Program-made: the position numbers and the translations under genes
The notes under the pieces: model-generated
Seen by the model: only the letters and a program-made list of their open reading frames with translations
Database searches by the model: none
What the model was told of the DNA's origin: nothing
Shown: piece after piece, positions 10,160-20,446 of the stretch
How the letters are laid out: every line of letters starts with the position of its first letter
Numbering within the stretch: position 1 is the first letter of the stretch
Assembly (NCBI GenBank): GCA_016189945.1
Contig: JACPRN010000106.1
Location: 1-51,190, forward strand
DNA from: Betaproteobacteria bacterium
Lineage (GTDB): Bacteria > Pseudomonadota > Gammaproteobacteria > Burkholderiales > SG8-39
Length of the DNA stretch: 51,190 nucleotides
Direction: 5' to 3'

Positions 10160-11335
10160 CTACTTGATCGACACCCATTTGAGCGGGTCGAATGCCTGCC
10201 CCCGATGCCGAATCTCAAAGTATAAACCCGATTCCGCGTTGCCGCCGCTCGCACCGACCGTGGCTACCGTATCCCCCGCGCGGACCGCGTCTCCCACGCC
10301 CTTCAGCACCGCCTCGTTGTTGCCGTAGATGGTGAGGTAGCCCTCGCCGTGGTCCAGGATCAGCAGATTGCCGAAACCGCGCATCCACTCGGCGTACACC
10401 ACGCGGCCGGCCGCTACGGCGCGCACCTCCTGCCCGGCGACGGCCCGAATGAACAGGCCCTTCCATTTCGGCCCCCCGTCGGAGCGTGGAGTGCCAAATC
10501 GGTTGCTTAGTTCCCCTCGGACCGGTAAGTGCAGACTTCCCCTGAGCCGCGAGAAAGCGCGCCCGGCGCCGCTCCCCGGCTCGGGGACCCGCTCGTTCCG
10601 GCGGGCGGGGGTCACGGGAGTGGCTGCGATCACGCGCGTCAGCTCCTCCACCAGGCGCGTCATGCGCGCCTGGTCGCGTTCGAGGCTTTTCACCTGCCGG
10701 CGCTGGGCGCGGATTTGCCCCGACACGCGCGCAAGCACGCTGCGGCGCTCGGCCTGCTGTGCGAGAAGCTGCTTGCGTTCGGCGCGCTGCTCCGATTCGA
10801 TGGCCGCGAGTTCGGCCACGGCTGAGCGCGTGCGCGCTTCCACCTCGCGCAGCCGTTCAAGCCCGGAGCGCAGCGACTCGATCAGGCCGGCCTGCGCGCG
10901 GGACACGTAGCCGACGTAATGCAGTTCGCGCGCCACCCGATTCGGATCGTCGCCGGAGGCGAGCACCCGCAGCGCGCCGGGCTCGCCGTGCAGATAACGG
11001 GTCAACAGGAGCCGCCCCAGGGGCTCCCGGCGCGAGGCGATTTCGCCTTCGATCGCGCGCTTTTGCTCGGCCAGCCGCCGCAGCTCGCCATGCGCGCCGT
11101 CGCGCTTTGTCGAGAGCTCGCGCAGCGAGCGGTTGGCCACGGAAATCGCGAGTTCGGATTCGCGCAACTCCTCGCGCGCCTCGGCGCGGCTTTCTTCCGC
11201 GCCCACAATCTCGCCGCGCAAGCGCTCGATGCGCGTGCGCAGCTTATCGAGCTGGTCCTTCTCCGCCGCGCCGAGCGGAGCCGCCGCCAGCCAGGCGAGC
11301 AGGCCGATCGCGGCGCGGCGCAGGACCGGCCTCAA
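10160..11335 (-). CDS. envC: murein hydrolase activator EnvC-like protein (coiled coil + M23/LytM domain)
   Basis: C-terminal M23 domain ([48 protein letters not shown]). N-terminal signal-like [23 protein letters not shown], then coiled coil. Proposed TTG start at 11335 overlaps the gpmA stop; the exact start is uncertain. The 680-aa track ORF is an artefactual upstream extension. Confidence 0.75.
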   Translation of the reverse strand: MRPVLRRAAIGLLAWLAAAPLGAAEKDQLDKLRTRIERLRGEIVGAEESRAEAREELRESELAISVANRSLRELSTKRDGAHGELRRLAEQKRAIEGEIASRREPLGRLLLTRYLHGEPGALRVLASGDDPNRVARELHYVGYVSRAQAGLIESLRSGLERLREVEARTRSAVAELAAIESEQRAERKQLLAQQAERRSVLARVSGQIRAQRRQVKSLERDQARMTRLVEELTRVIAATPVTPARRNERVPEPGSGAGRAFSRLRGSLHLPVRGELSNRFGTPRSDGGPKWKGLFIRAVAGQEVRAVAAGRVVYAEWMRGFGNLLILDHGEGYLTIYGNNEAVLKGVGDAVRAGDTVATVGASGGNAESGLYFEIRHRGQAFDPLKWVSIK

Positions 11336-12081
11336 GCGCGCGCTTTCCCCTGGTTGGCGACTGCGCTTGCCGCGCGCGCGACCGCGTCGGGGTCGCCCAG
11401 GTAGTAATGCCTGATCGGATTCAGGTCGCGATCGAGCTCGTACACGAGCGGTATTCCGGTGGGGATGTTCAGGCCGACGATGTCCTCGTCGCCGACATGA
11501 TCGAGGTACTTCACCAGCGCCCGCAGCGAGTTGCCGTGGGCGGCGATGATCACGCGCTTGCCCGAGGTGATCGCGGGCGCGACGGAGGCCAGCCAGTAGG
11601 GGACAAAGCGCGACACCGTGTCGCGCAGGCACTCGGTGAGCGGAAGCTCCTCGGGCTTGAGGGACGCGTAGCGCGGATCGCTCCCGGGATGGCGCGGGTC
11701 GTCGCGCTCCAGGGCGGGCGGCGGCACGTCGTAGCTGCGCCGCCACGCGAGCACCTGTTGCTCGCCGAACTTGGCCGCTGTCTCGGCCTTGTTCAGGCCC
11801 TGAAGGGCCCCGTAATGGCGCTCGTTCAGCCGCCAGGAGTGCTGGACCGGGATCCACATCAGGTCCATTTCCTCCAGGGCGATCCAGAGCGTCTTGATCG
11901 CGCGCCTGAGCACCGACGTGAATGCGATGTCGAAGACGAAACCCGATGCCTTCAGCAGCCGTCCCGCATTGAGCGCCTCTTCGCGGCCCGTGTCGCTCAA
12001 GTCGACATCGGTCCAGCCGGTGAAGCGGTTTTCGCGGTTCCAGATCGATTCTCCGTGGCGGAGCAGTACAATGGTGTGCAT
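11332..12081 (-). CDS. gpmA: 2,3-bisphosphoglycerate-dependent phosphoglycerate mutase
   Basis: [36 protein letters not shown] carries the RHGE catalytic motif. ATG at 12081 inside ORF 11332..12123. Confidence 0.95.
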   Translation of the reverse strand: MHTIVLLRHGESIWNRENRFTGWTDVDLSDTGREEALNAGRLLKASGFVFDIAFTSVLRRAIKTLWIALEEMDLMWIPVQHSWRLNERHYGALQGLNKAETAAKFGEQQVLAWRRSYDVPPPALERDDPRHPGSDPRYASLKPEELPLTECLRDTVSRFVPYWLASVAPAITSGKRVIIAAHGNSLRALVKYLDHVGDEDIVGLNIPTGIPLVYELDRDLNPIRHYYLGDPDAVARAASAVANQGKARA

Positions 12082-12101
12082 GGACGTCTCGTGCCGGTTT
12101 T

Positions 12102-12491
12102 TTGCGGGACAGTGAAGCGCCAACTATAATAGCGAATTCATTCGCGGGCCAAAACGCCTTGAACCCCGAAATCCAGGACATTTTCGAGCTGATAGAACGC
12201 AAGGAGCATATCGAACAGGCCGCGCGCGCGATGAAGGCGATCGCACACCCGCTGCGGCTGAAGATCCTCTGCGTGCTGGGCGAAGATCAGGTGAGCGTGC
12301 AGGAAATCGTCGAGGCGGTTGGCACTTCGCAGAGCAACATCTCGCAGCACCTCGCGATTTTGCGCGACAAGGGCATTCTCAGCGCGCGCAAGGACGCCAA
12401 TCGCGTCTTCTACCGCGTCAGCGACCGGCGCACCCTGCGGCTGATCCTGCTGATGCGCGAGGTGTTCTGCGGCATACCGGCGCCTACATGA
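12102..12491 (+). CDS. ArsR/SmtB-family transcriptional regulator
   Basis: [67 protein letters not shown]. Start is uncertain: TTG 12102, TTG 12159 or ATG 12231. Stop overlaps the next start (ATGA). Confidence 0.8.
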   Translation: MRDSEAPTIIANSFAGQNALNPEIQDIFELIERKEHIEQAARAMKAIAHPLRLKILCVLGEDQVSVQEIVEAVGTSQSNISQHLAILRDKGILSARKDANRVFYRVSDRRTLRLILLMREVFCGIPAPT

Positions 12492-12910
12492 AAGTCGATT
12501 TGGCGAAATTCATCGCCGATAACGTTTTTCTCATCGGAGTGGCGGTCGTGAGCGGGGCCATGCTGTTGTGGCCGCTCGTGCGCCGCGGCACGGCAGGGCC
12601 CTCGGTGTCGCCACTGGAGGCGACGCAGCTCATCAACCGCCAGGATGCCCTGGTCCTCGACATTCGCAGCGCCGAGGAATTTCAGAAAGGGCATATCCTG
12701 AATGCGCGCAATGTTCCTGCCGCGCAGCTCGAGCCGCGCCTGGCGGATCTGGAAAAATTCAGGCAAAAGCCGGTCATCGTCGCCTGCGAATCGGGCAGTC
12801 GGTCGGGATCGGCCGCGGCGCTGCTGCGCAAGCACGGCTTCGCCCAGGCGGCGAGCCTCGCCGGCGGCGTCGGCGCCTGGCAGCAGGCGGGCCTGCCGAT
12901 GGAGAAATAG
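12488..12910 (+). CDS. membrane-anchored rhodanese-domain protein
   Basis: N-terminal TM helix, then a rhodanese fold with active-site loop VIVACESGSRS and GHILNARNVP. Confidence 0.8.
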   Translation: MKVDLAKFIADNVFLIGVAVVSGAMLLWPLVRRGTAGPSVSPLEATQLINRQDALVLDIRSAEEFQKGHILNARNVPAAQLEPRLADLEKFRQKPVIVACESGSRSGSAAALLRKHGFAQAASLAGGVGAWQQAGLPMEK

Positions 12911-13168
12911 ATGGCGCGAATCACCATGTTCTGCACCGGTGCCTGCCCGTACTGCGCGCGCGCCGAGCGCCTGCTGCAATCGAAAGGAGTGAGCGCCATC
13001 GACAAGATCCGGGTCGATCTGGACCCGGAGAAGCGCGAGCAGATGATGCAGAAGACGGGCCGGCGTACCGTCCCGCAGATCTACATCGGTGAGCTGCACG
13101 TCGGAGGGTTCGACGAGCTGGCGGCGCTCGACCGCGCAGGAAAGCTCGACGCGCTGTTGGCCGCCTAG
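12911..13168 (+). CDS. grxC: glutaredoxin 3
   Basis: 85 aa with CPYC active site ([17 protein letters not shown]) and [17 protein letters not shown]. Confidence 0.9.
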   Translation: MARITMFCTGACPYCARAERLLQSKGVSAIDKIRVDLDPEKREQMMQKTGRRTVPQIYIGELHVGGFDELAALDRAGKLDALLAA

Positions 13169-13200
13169 CACACCCCATCAACCCCTCAGCCGGAGCCGCC

Positions 13201-13653
13201 ATGAGCGACGAGCAGCCCGTATTCAGCATCGAAAAGATCTATGTCAAAGACCTCTCGCTCGAGGTTCCCAACGCGCCGCAGGTGTTTCTGGCGGCCGAGC
13301 AGCCGCAACTGGAAGTGCAGCTCACGCACGCGGCGCAGGCGCTTGAAGGCGGACTCTACGAGGTGACGATCACCGTGACCGTCACGGCCAAGGCGGCCGA
13401 GCGCACGCTGTTCCTGGTCGAGGCCGCACAGGCCGGGATCTTTCAGATCCGCAATATCCCGCAGTCGGACATGGATCCGCTGCTGGGCATAGCGTGCCCC
13501 AACGTGCTCTACCCGTATGCGCGCGAGACCGTCTCGGACATCGTCAATCGCGCCGGATTTCCGCCCGTGCTGCTCGGCCCGATGAGTTTCGAAGCGCTTT
13601 ATCAGCAGCGCCAGGCCGAAGCGAAAGCGTCGCGCATTGAGATCGCGCATTGA
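13201..13653 (+). CDS. secB: protein-export chaperone SecB
   Basis: [22 protein letters not shown] ... [39 protein letters not shown]. Confidence 0.9.
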   Translation: MSDEQPVFSIEKIYVKDLSLEVPNAPQVFLAAEQPQLEVQLTHAAQALEGGLYEVTITVTVTAKAAERTLFLVEAAQAGIFQIRNIPQSDMDPLLGIACPNVLYPYARETVSDIVNRAGFPPVLLGPMSFEALYQQRQAEAKASRIEIAH

Positions 13654-13657
13654 GGCC

Positions 13658-14110
13658 ATGGTGACGGCGCATCCGGCCGCTCGCTTGCTCGTGATCGCGC
13701 TGCTTGCGGCGGGCGCGCCGGCGGCAGGCGCCGATTTCCGTTCCATCGCCGCGAACGGCACCATCCTCTACGACGCCCCCTCGGCGCGCGCGCGGCGACT
13801 GTTTGTCGTCAGCCAGTATACGCCGGTGGAGGTCGTGGTCTCGATCGAGGGGTGGGCGAAAGTGCGCGACCAGGCGGGCGAGCTCAACTGGGTGGAAAGA
13901 AAGGCCCTCTCGGAACTGCGCACGGTGGTGGTGACCGCGGCAACAGCCGGCGCCAGGCAGGCGCCGAGCGAACAAGCGGAGATCGCGTTCCAAGCCAGCC
14001 GCGGCGTGGCGCTCGAGCTGGTGGAACTCGCCTCCGAGGGATGGGTCAGGGTCCGCCATCGCGACGGTCAAACCGGGTTCATGCGCGCCAGCCAGTTGTG
14101 GGGACTGTAG
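13658..14110 (+). CDS. secreted SH3-like domain protein (function unknown)
   Basis: Signal peptide MVTAHPAARLLVIALLAAGAPAAGA and two SH3b-like segments (EGWAKVRD, EGWVRVRHRDGQTGFM). ATG at 13658. Confidence 0.55.
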   Translation: MVTAHPAARLLVIALLAAGAPAAGADFRSIAANGTILYDAPSARARRLFVVSQYTPVEVVVSIEGWAKVRDQAGELNWVERKALSELRTVVVTAATAGARQAPSEQAEIAFQASRGVALELVELASEGWVRVRHRDGQTGFMRASQLWGL

Positions 14111-14125
14111 CGGCCCGAGCGCCCC

Positions 14126-15115
14126 ATGAACATTGCGATACTCGGTGCGGGCGCTTGGGGTACGGCGCTAGCCATTGCGCTCGCCGAAAAGCACCGCGTG
14201 GCCCTTTGGGCGCGCTCGCCGGCGCACGCGGCGGAGCTGTCGGCAACGCGCATCAATGCGCGCTACCTTCCCGAGGTTCCCCTGCCGACTGCGGTCGCCG
14301 TCACCAGCGAGCCTGCCGGAGCACTGCGTGGCGTCGAGCTGGTGGTCGTAGCCACACCCGCCGGGGCTCTGCGCGAGACGCTCGCGATCATGCACGGTGC
14401 TGCGAGCGTGCCGTTGATTGTCCTGGCCTGCAAGGGTTTCGAGCGCCACAGCGCGCTGCTACCGCACCAGATCGTCGGCCAGCAGTTGGGCACATCGGCG
14501 CGCTGCGCCGCGCTATCGGGGCCGAGCTTCGCGCTCGAGGTGGCGCGAGGGCTGCCCACCGCGGTCACCCTTTCCGCGGCCGATGAGGGCTTGGCGCGCG
14601 AGGCCGCGCGCGAGCTGCACCAGAGCACGTTGCGGGTCTATTTCACCACCGATGTGATCGGTGTCGCGATCGGCGGTGCGGTGAAGAACGTGATGGCGAT
14701 CGCCGCCGGCATTTGCGACGGACTGGGCCTGGGTCTGAATGCGCGGGCGGCGCTGATTACGCGCGGTCTGGCGGAAATCGCGCGCCTCGGCGTGAAGCTC
14801 GGCGGGCGCTCCGAGACTTTCATGGGACTCGCTGGGGCGGGCGATCTGATCCTCACTTGCACCGGCGATCTGTCGCGCAACCGGCGTGTCGGACTGGCGC
14901 TCGCCGAGGGGCGCGCGCTGGAGGACATTCTGCGCGACCTCGGCCATGTCGCCGAAGGCGTCCACTCGGCCCGGGAGGTGCGCCGCATCGCCGGCGAGCA
15001 GAGCGTCGAGATGCCGATCACCCAGGCGATATGCGAGGTGCTGTTTCAAGGCATGCCGGCGCGCGCGGCAGTCCAGCGGCTCCTCGCGCGCGATCCGCGG
15101 GAGGAGGGGTATTGA
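14126..15115 (+). CDS. gpsA: NAD(P)H-dependent glycerol-3-phosphate dehydrogenase
   Basis: MNIAILGAGAWGTALAIALA (Rossmann fold), GAVKNVMAIAAGI, GDLILTCTGDLSRNRRVG. Confidence 0.95.
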   Translation: MNIAILGAGAWGTALAIALAEKHRVALWARSPAHAAELSATRINARYLPEVPLPTAVAVTSEPAGALRGVELVVVATPAGALRETLAIMHGAASVPLIVLACKGFERHSALLPHQIVGQQLGTSARCAALSGPSFALEVARGLPTAVTLSAADEGLAREAARELHQSTLRVYFTTDVIGVAIGGAVKNVMAIAAGICDGLGLGLNARAALITRGLAEIARLGVKLGGRSETFMGLAGAGDLILTCTGDLSRNRRVGLALAEGRALEDILRDLGHVAEGVHSAREVRRIAGEQSVEMPITQAICEVLFQGMPARAAVQRLLARDPREEGY

Positions 15116-15215
15116 ACGAGGCGGGTCTGGAGCGGCGGTGCCGACTTTGCGGTTTAAATCCATCCGATAAAAACCCAATTCTCGCCAAAGCCGTCAACCC
15201 TCGCCTGATCAGCGC

Positions 15216-15680
15216 CTAACTTCCCCCCGCAAACCCCTGCTGCCGCCAGGCCTCGTAGACCACCACCGCAACTGTGTTGGCCAGATTTGCGCTGCGGCTT
15301 GCGGGCAGCATCGGCAGGCGCAGCCGCCGGTCCTCGGCGAGCGGCTGCAAGACTTCGGGAGGCAAACCGCGCGTCTCCGGCCCGAAGACCAACACATCGC
15401 CGGGGCGATAGGCGGGCTCGCAGTACAGGCGCGAGGCGCGCGTCGTGTAGGCGTAGAGCCGTCTGGCGGCGAAATGGTCGAGGCAGGCATTCCAGTCCGC
15501 GTGCTCGCGGACGCCTGAAACCATGGCGTAGTCGAGTCCGGCGCGCCTGAGGGCGCGGTCCGAAAGCCGAAATCCCAAGGGCTTGACCAGGTGCAGCCGG
15601 CAACCGGTATTGGCGCACAGCCGGATCACATTGCCGGTGTTGGGCGGAATTTCCGGCTGGTAGAGCACCACGTCAAACAT
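15216..15680 (-). CDS. trmL: tRNA (cytidine/uridine(34)-2'-O)-methyltransferase TrmL (SpoU family)
   Basis: MFDVVLYQPEIPPNTGNVIRLCANTGCRLHLVKPLGF ... VFGPETRGLP ... SRSANLANTVAVVVYEA. Confidence 0.9.
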   Translation of the reverse strand: MFDVVLYQPEIPPNTGNVIRLCANTGCRLHLVKPLGFRLSDRALRRAGLDYAMVSGVREHADWNACLDHFAARRLYAYTTRASRLYCEPAYRPGDVLVFGPETRGLPPEVLQPLAEDRRLRLPMLPASRSANLANTVAVVVYEAWRQQGFAGGS

Positions 15681-16440
15681 GCTTCAGGGTCCTGGTGACG
15701 ACCCAGTTCTCCACGCGCGCGGCGCCGGCGCGCTTGAGTGCCCGGGCAAGCTCGGCCAGCGTCGCGCCGCTGGTCATCACGTCATCGACCACGGCGACGC
15801 GCCTGCCGCGCAGATCGGCGTGGCAGCGGAAGGCGCCGCGCACATTGCCCGCGCGTTCCGCATGCGGAAGGTCGGACTGGGGCAATGTCGGGCGCAGTCG
15901 AACGGCGAGGGCAGGCGCAAAAGGCGTTCGCGTCGCACGCGCCATGTGGCGGGCGATTTCTGCCGCCTGGTTGAATCCCCGTTCGGCCAGGCGCAGCCGG
16001 TGCAGCGGCATGGGCACGACGAGGTCCGCGGCCCCGGGGGGAAAGCGCGCTGCGAGCACGCTGCCGAAAAACGCCGCCAGGGCAAGACGCGCCCGGAACT
16101 TGAGCGCATGCACCAGCCTGTCGGCGGGGAATTCGTAGCGCCAGGCGGCGTGGGTCGCATCAAAGGGCGGCGCGGCCCTGAGACAGGCGCCGCACACCGA
16201 ACCGTCCAGGCTCGCGTCCGCGCAGCGCGGGCATTGCGCCGGCAGCGCGGGCAGGTCCGCCCGGCACGGCGGGCACAGCGGCCACGCGCCGCTCGCTGCA
16301 CCGCAGAGCACGCAATCCTGCGGCAGCAACGCGCGCCCGAGTCCGGACCAGACGCTAGAGCGCACCGAAGCCCTCCCCGACTGCCATGCACCACCCCAGC
16401 ATAATAGAATGTCAAGCCTCGCAACGCGCACAGCGCGCAT
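15673..16440 (-). CDS. comF: ComF-family phosphoribosyltransferase-domain protein
   Basis: N-terminal Cys pairs (CVLCG...CPPC...CPRC...CGAC), ERGFNQAAEIAR, and the PRPP motif VAVVDDVMTSGATLAE. ATG at 16440 inside ORF 15673..16806. 8-nt overlap with trmL. Confidence 0.8.
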   Translation of the reverse strand: MRAVRVARLDILLCWGGAWQSGRASVRSSVWSGLGRALLPQDCVLCGAASGAWPLCPPCRADLPALPAQCPRCADASLDGSVCGACLRAAPPFDATHAAWRYEFPADRLVHALKFRARLALAAFFGSVLAARFPPGAADLVVPMPLHRLRLAERGFNQAAEIARHMARATRTPFAPALAVRLRPTLPQSDLPHAERAGNVRGAFRCHADLRGRRVAVVDDVMTSGATLAELARALKRAGAARVENWVVTRTLKHV

Positions 16441-16496
16441 AGGGGTATCAACGCGCGAGGCGCCGCTCCAGGATACCGAAGGCGGGCGCAATACCG

Positions 16497-17384
16497 ATGA
16501 CCGAGCTTGACAAACGCGCGGCGCGAAGCCGTTTTGCTCGCGCCGCTTCGACCTCGCCGGAAGCCTCGGTGCTCGCGCGCGAGGTCGAGCGGCGCATGGC
16601 CGAACGCCTGGACTACGTGAAGCATGAGCCCGCGCGCATACTCGACGCCGGCTGCGGACTCGGCGATGGCCTGCGTCTGCTGCGGGGCCGCTATCCCAAG
16701 GCGACGCTGATCGGCGTTGATTCCGCATTTGCCGTGGTGGCACCGGCGATCTCGCGCCAGACGATCGCCGGCCGGGCGCTCTCGCAGTTGCTCGCCCGCG
16801 AGTCACATCACCTGTGCGCGGACATGGCCCGTCTGCCCCTTGCCGACGCGAGCGTCGGCATGGTCTGGTCCAACCTCGCGTTGGCGTGGGCGGGCGAGCC
16901 GCTGGCGACGCTGCGCGAGTTTCAGCGCGTGCTTGAGGCCGGCGGTCTGCTCATGTTTTCGAGCTATGGGCCCGACACGCTGAAGGAGCTCAAGCAGGCG
17001 TTTGCCGCGACCGATTCGAGACCGCACGTCCACCGCTTCATCGACATGCACGACCTGGGCGACATGCTGCTTGCGGCGGGATTTGCCGAGCCGGTCATGG
17101 ACATGGAGGTCATCACGCTCACCTATCCGGGGGTGGATGCGCTGCTGCGCGACCTGCGCCTCTCCGGGCAGACCAATGTCGCGCGCGAGCGCAGCCGCGG
17201 CCTGATGGGTCGGCGCACGTGGCATGCGATGATCGCCGGCTACGAGCGCACGCGTCGCGAAGGCAGGCTGCCGGCCTCCTTCGAGATCGTCTACGGCCAC
17301 GCGTGGAAGCCCCGCCAGCGCCAAAGCGACGCTGCCGGCCAACGTCTGGTGAAGGTGGATTTCGTGCCGCCGAAAAGGCGCTAG
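16497..17384 (+). CDS. bioC: class I SAM-dependent methyltransferase, BioC-like (malonyl-ACP O-methyltransferase)
   Basis: RSRFARAASTSPEASVLAREVERRMAERL, SAM motif ILDAGCGLGDG, and VWSNLALAW. Divergent from comF, as in many Betaproteobacteria. Confidence 0.6.
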   Translation: MTELDKRAARSRFARAASTSPEASVLAREVERRMAERLDYVKHEPARILDAGCGLGDGLRLLRGRYPKATLIGVDSAFAVVAPAISRQTIAGRALSQLLARESHHLCADMARLPLADASVGMVWSNLALAWAGEPLATLREFQRVLEAGGLLMFSSYGPDTLKELKQAFAATDSRPHVHRFIDMHDLGDMLLAAGFAEPVMDMEVITLTYPGVDALLRDLRLSGQTNVARERSRGLMGRRTWHAMIAGYERTRREGRLPASFEIVYGHAWKPRQRQSDAAGQRLVKVDFVPPKRR

Positions 17385-17615
17385 CCCAAGCCGCCTACCC
17401 TCGCGTTTTCGTAGCAAGTGCGCTTGCGCAAGAGCACGCGTTGTGGTAGGGTGCGCGCCTCCCGCGCTACCCCTCCTATGGCTGAGCGTTTTGTTGCGAA
17501 GACGGCCGCTTCCCTTCGCAACGCGCTACGGCCAGGGGGAGCCCGCGCTGCGGCGAGCCGCATACCAAGGGCCCTGCCGCGAGGCTTGGTTGAGCTTGCG
17601 AAAGACGAGGACGCC

Positions 17616-18752
17616 ATGACCAGACGTGTCGCCAGCAGGACGATCGGCATTGGAATCGGGGCGGCGCTCGCCGCCTTTGCCGGTGCGGCCGCTGCGGCCT
17701 ACCAGTGGAATCTCGCCCCGGGGGTGACACGCTCATCGCAGGGCGTCTACGACCTGCATAACATCATGATGGGGATCATCCTGGTGATCTTCCTTGCGGT
17801 GTTCGGGGTGCTCTCGTATGCTATCTATGCCCACCGCAAATCGCGGGGTCATCAGGCGGCGCAGTTCCACGAGAACACCACCGTCGAGATGATCTGGACC
17901 GTCATTCCCTTCTTCATCCTCATCACCATGGCTTGGCCGGCAACCAAGACGCTGCTGGCGATGCGCGACAGCTCCAATCCGGATCTCACCGTGAAGGTGA
18001 CGGGCTACCAGTGGAAATGGGGCTACGATTATCTGAAGGGCGAGGGTGAAGGCATAAGCTTCATGTCGGTGCTCGCCACGACACCAGATCAGATCTACGG
18101 CAACGCACCCAAGAGCGAGCACTACCTGCTCGAGGTCGACAACCGCCTGGTGGTTCCGGTGGGCAAGAAAGTGAGGCTGCTGACGACCGCGAACGACGTC
18201 ATCCATTCCTGGTTCGTGCCCGAACTGGGCGTCAAACAGGATGCCAATCCGGGATTTGTCCGCGACACCTTCTTCCGCGCGGAAAGAGAGGGCATCTACC
18301 GCGGCCAATGCGCCGAGCTGTGCGGCAAGGACCACGGGTTCATGCCGGTGGTGGTGGAAGTGGTGTCGGCGGAAAAATACGCCGCCTGGGTCGCCGCGCA
18401 GCGGGCCCGGATGGCAGCGGCCGCCGACGATCCGAACAAGAAATGGGAACTCGCGGAACTCAAGGCGCGTGGCGAAAAAGTCTATGGGCAGAACTGCGTT
18501 GCCTGCCATCAGGCGAACGGCCAGGGGGTCAAGGGCGCGTTTCCGGCGCTTGACGGCTCGAAGATCGTGAATGGACCCGCGCAGGGCCAGATCGCTCTGG
18601 TGCTTGCGGGCAAGCCGGGCACGGCCATGGCATCGTTCAAGCAGCTCTCGGACACGGAGATTGCGGCGGTGATCACCTATACGCGCAACAGTTGGGGCAA
18701 CAAGGCGGGCGATGCGGTGCAGCCGGCCGACGTCAAGGCGCAGCGGAAATGA
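17616..18752 (+). CDS. coxB: cytochrome c oxidase subunit II with C-terminal cytochrome c domain
   Basis: Two TM helices, CuA site (VIHSWFVPELG ... CAELCGKDHGFM) and C-terminal haem c motif CVACH. ATG at 17616 inside ORF 17418..18752. Confidence 0.9.
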   Translation: MTRRVASRTIGIGIGAALAAFAGAAAAAYQWNLAPGVTRSSQGVYDLHNIMMGIILVIFLAVFGVLSYAIYAHRKSRGHQAAQFHENTTVEMIWTVIPFFILITMAWPATKTLLAMRDSSNPDLTVKVTGYQWKWGYDYLKGEGEGISFMSVLATTPDQIYGNAPKSEHYLLEVDNRLVVPVGKKVRLLTTANDVIHSWFVPELGVKQDANPGFVRDTFFRAEREGIYRGQCAELCGKDHGFMPVVVEVVSAEKYAAWVAAQRARMAAAADDPNKKWELAELKARGEKVYGQNCVACHQANGQGVKGAFPALDGSKIVNGPAQGQIALVLAGKPGTAMASFKQLSDTEIAAVITYTRNSWGNKAGDAVQPADVKAQRK

Positions 18753-20326
18753 CCTCCGTACAGACTCATCACGGCGACCACGCGCATCACCCTGCCGGGG
18801 TCATGCGCTGGGTGACGACCACCAACCACAAGGACATCGGCACGCTGTATCTGTGGTTCAGCTTCGCGATGTTCATCGTCGGCGGAATCATGGCCCTGGT
18901 CATCCGCGCGGAGCTGTTTCAGCCGGGAATGCAGATCGTGCAGCCGGAATTCTTCAACCAGATGACGACGCTGCACGGCCTGATCATGGTTTTCGGTGCG
19001 ATCATGCCGGCGTTCGTGGGCTTTGCCAACTGGCAGATCCCGATGATGATCGGCGCGGCCGACATGGCCTTCCCGCGGATGAACAACTGGAGTTTCTGGC
19101 TGCTGCCGGCCGCCGCCGTGCTGCTGGTCTCATCGATGTTCGTCCCCGGCGGGGCCGCCGGCACGGGCTGGACGCTGTACGCGCCGCTCACGGTGCAGAT
19201 GGGTCCGGGAATGGACCTCACCATATTCGCCGTTCACATTCTCGGCATGTCCTCTATCCTGGGTTCGATCAACATCATCACCACGGTGCTCAATCTGCGC
19301 GCTCCCGGCATGAGCCTGATGAGGATGCCGATGTTCTGCTGGACCTGGCTGATTACGGCCTACCTGCTGATCGCCGTCATGCCGGTGCTCGCCGGCGCGG
19401 TGACCATGACGCTCACCGACCGGCACTTCGGCACCTCGTTCTTCAGTGCTGCCGGCGGCGGCGATCCGGTGCTCTACCAGCACATCTTCTGGTTCTTCGG
19501 CCACCCCGAGGTCTACATCATCGCCATTCCGGCCTTTGGCGTCATCTCTCAGGTCATCCCGGCCTTCGCCAGGAAACCGTTGTTCGGCTACGGCTCCATG
19601 GTCTACGCCACCGCATCGATCGCGATCCTGTCGTTCATCGTCTGGGCGCACCACATGTACACCGTCGGCATGCCCATCACCGGGCAACTGTATTTCATGT
19701 ATGCGACCATGCTGATCGCGGTGCCCACCGGCGTGAAGGTATTCAACTGGGTGGCCACCATGTGGCGGGGATCGCTCAGCTTCGAGACGCCGATGCTGTT
19801 CGCCCTCGGGTTCCTGTTCCTGTTTACGCTGGGCGGATTCTCCGGCCTGATCCTGTCGCTCACCGCGGTCGATGTGCAGGTGCACGACACCTACTACGTC
19901 GTGGCGCATTTTCACTACGTCATGGTCGCGGGTGCGCTGTTCGCGGCCTTCGCCGGCGTGTATTTCTGGCTGCCCAAATGGACCGGCCGCATGTACGACG
20001 AGCGGCTCGGCAAGGCGCATTTCTGGCTGACGCTCGTCTTCTTCAACATGACTTTTTTCGTCCAGCATTTTCTCGGCCTGGCGGGCATGCCGCGGCGCAT
20101 TCCGGACTACGCGCTGCAGTTCACAGAGTTCAATCAGATCTCCTCGATCGGTGCTTTCGGCTTCGGCCTGTCGCAACTTCTGTTCCTGTACGTCGTGCTC
20201 AAGACCATACGCAGCGGCGATAGGGCCGCGCAGCGGCCCTGGGAAGGCGCCGATTCGCTGGAATGGACGCATTTGCCGACACCGGCGCCCTACCACAGTT
20301 TTGAGACGCCGCCCTTGGTCAAATGA
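18749..20326 (+). CDS. ctaD: cytochrome c oxidase subunit I
   Basis: WVTTTNHKDIGTLYLWF, HPEVYIIAIPAFG and other haem-copper oxidase signatures. ATG at 18749 overlaps the coxB stop (ATGA). Confidence 0.95.
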   Translation: MTSVQTHHGDHAHHPAGVMRWVTTTNHKDIGTLYLWFSFAMFIVGGIMALVIRAELFQPGMQIVQPEFFNQMTTLHGLIMVFGAIMPAFVGFANWQIPMMIGAADMAFPRMNNWSFWLLPAAAVLLVSSMFVPGGAAGTGWTLYAPLTVQMGPGMDLTIFAVHILGMSSILGSINIITTVLNLRAPGMSLMRMPMFCWTWLITAYLLIAVMPVLAGAVTMTLTDRHFGTSFFSAAGGGDPVLYQHIFWFFGHPEVYIIAIPAFGVISQVIPAFARKPLFGYGSMVYATASIAILSFIVWAHHMYTVGMPITGQLYFMYATMLIAVPTGVKVFNWVATMWRGSLSFETPMLFALGFLFLFTLGGFSGLILSLTAVDVQVHDTYYVVAHFHYVMVAGALFAAFAGVYFWLPKWTGRMYDERLGKAHFWLTLVFFNMTFFVQHFLGLAGMPRRIPDYALQFTEFNQISSIGAFGFGLSQLLFLYVVLKTIRSGDRAAQRPWEGADSLEWTHLPTPAPYHSFETPPLVK

Positions 20327-20347
20327 GGATCCGCCCCGGTGAACGAG

Positions 20348-20446
20348 ATGCAGAAGACCAATGCCCGCCGTTCGGGACTGCTCCTGGCGGGGCTCGCGCT
20401 CGCGTTTTTCGTTCTCGTCATCCTCAAGTACTTGCTGCTGCGATGA
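20348..20446 (+). CDS. 32-aa single-TM micro-protein (cytochrome oxidase small assembly protein type)
   Basis: Not in the ORF track. ATG 20348, MQKTNARRSGLLLAGLALAFFVLVILKYLLLR, TGA overlapping the ctaG ATG (ATGA). Position between coxA and ctaG matches a small conserved cox-cluster ORF. Confidence 0.6.
   Translation: MQKTNARRSGLLLAGLALAFFVLVILKYLLLR

Noticed and set aside
10160-12202. 680-aa ORF suggesting a giant M23 peptidase.
   Set aside because: Its N-terminal ~290 codons overlap gpmA (clear homology in another frame) and look like shadow sequence. The real envC-like gene most likely starts at the TTG at 11335, at the signal-peptide-like segment.
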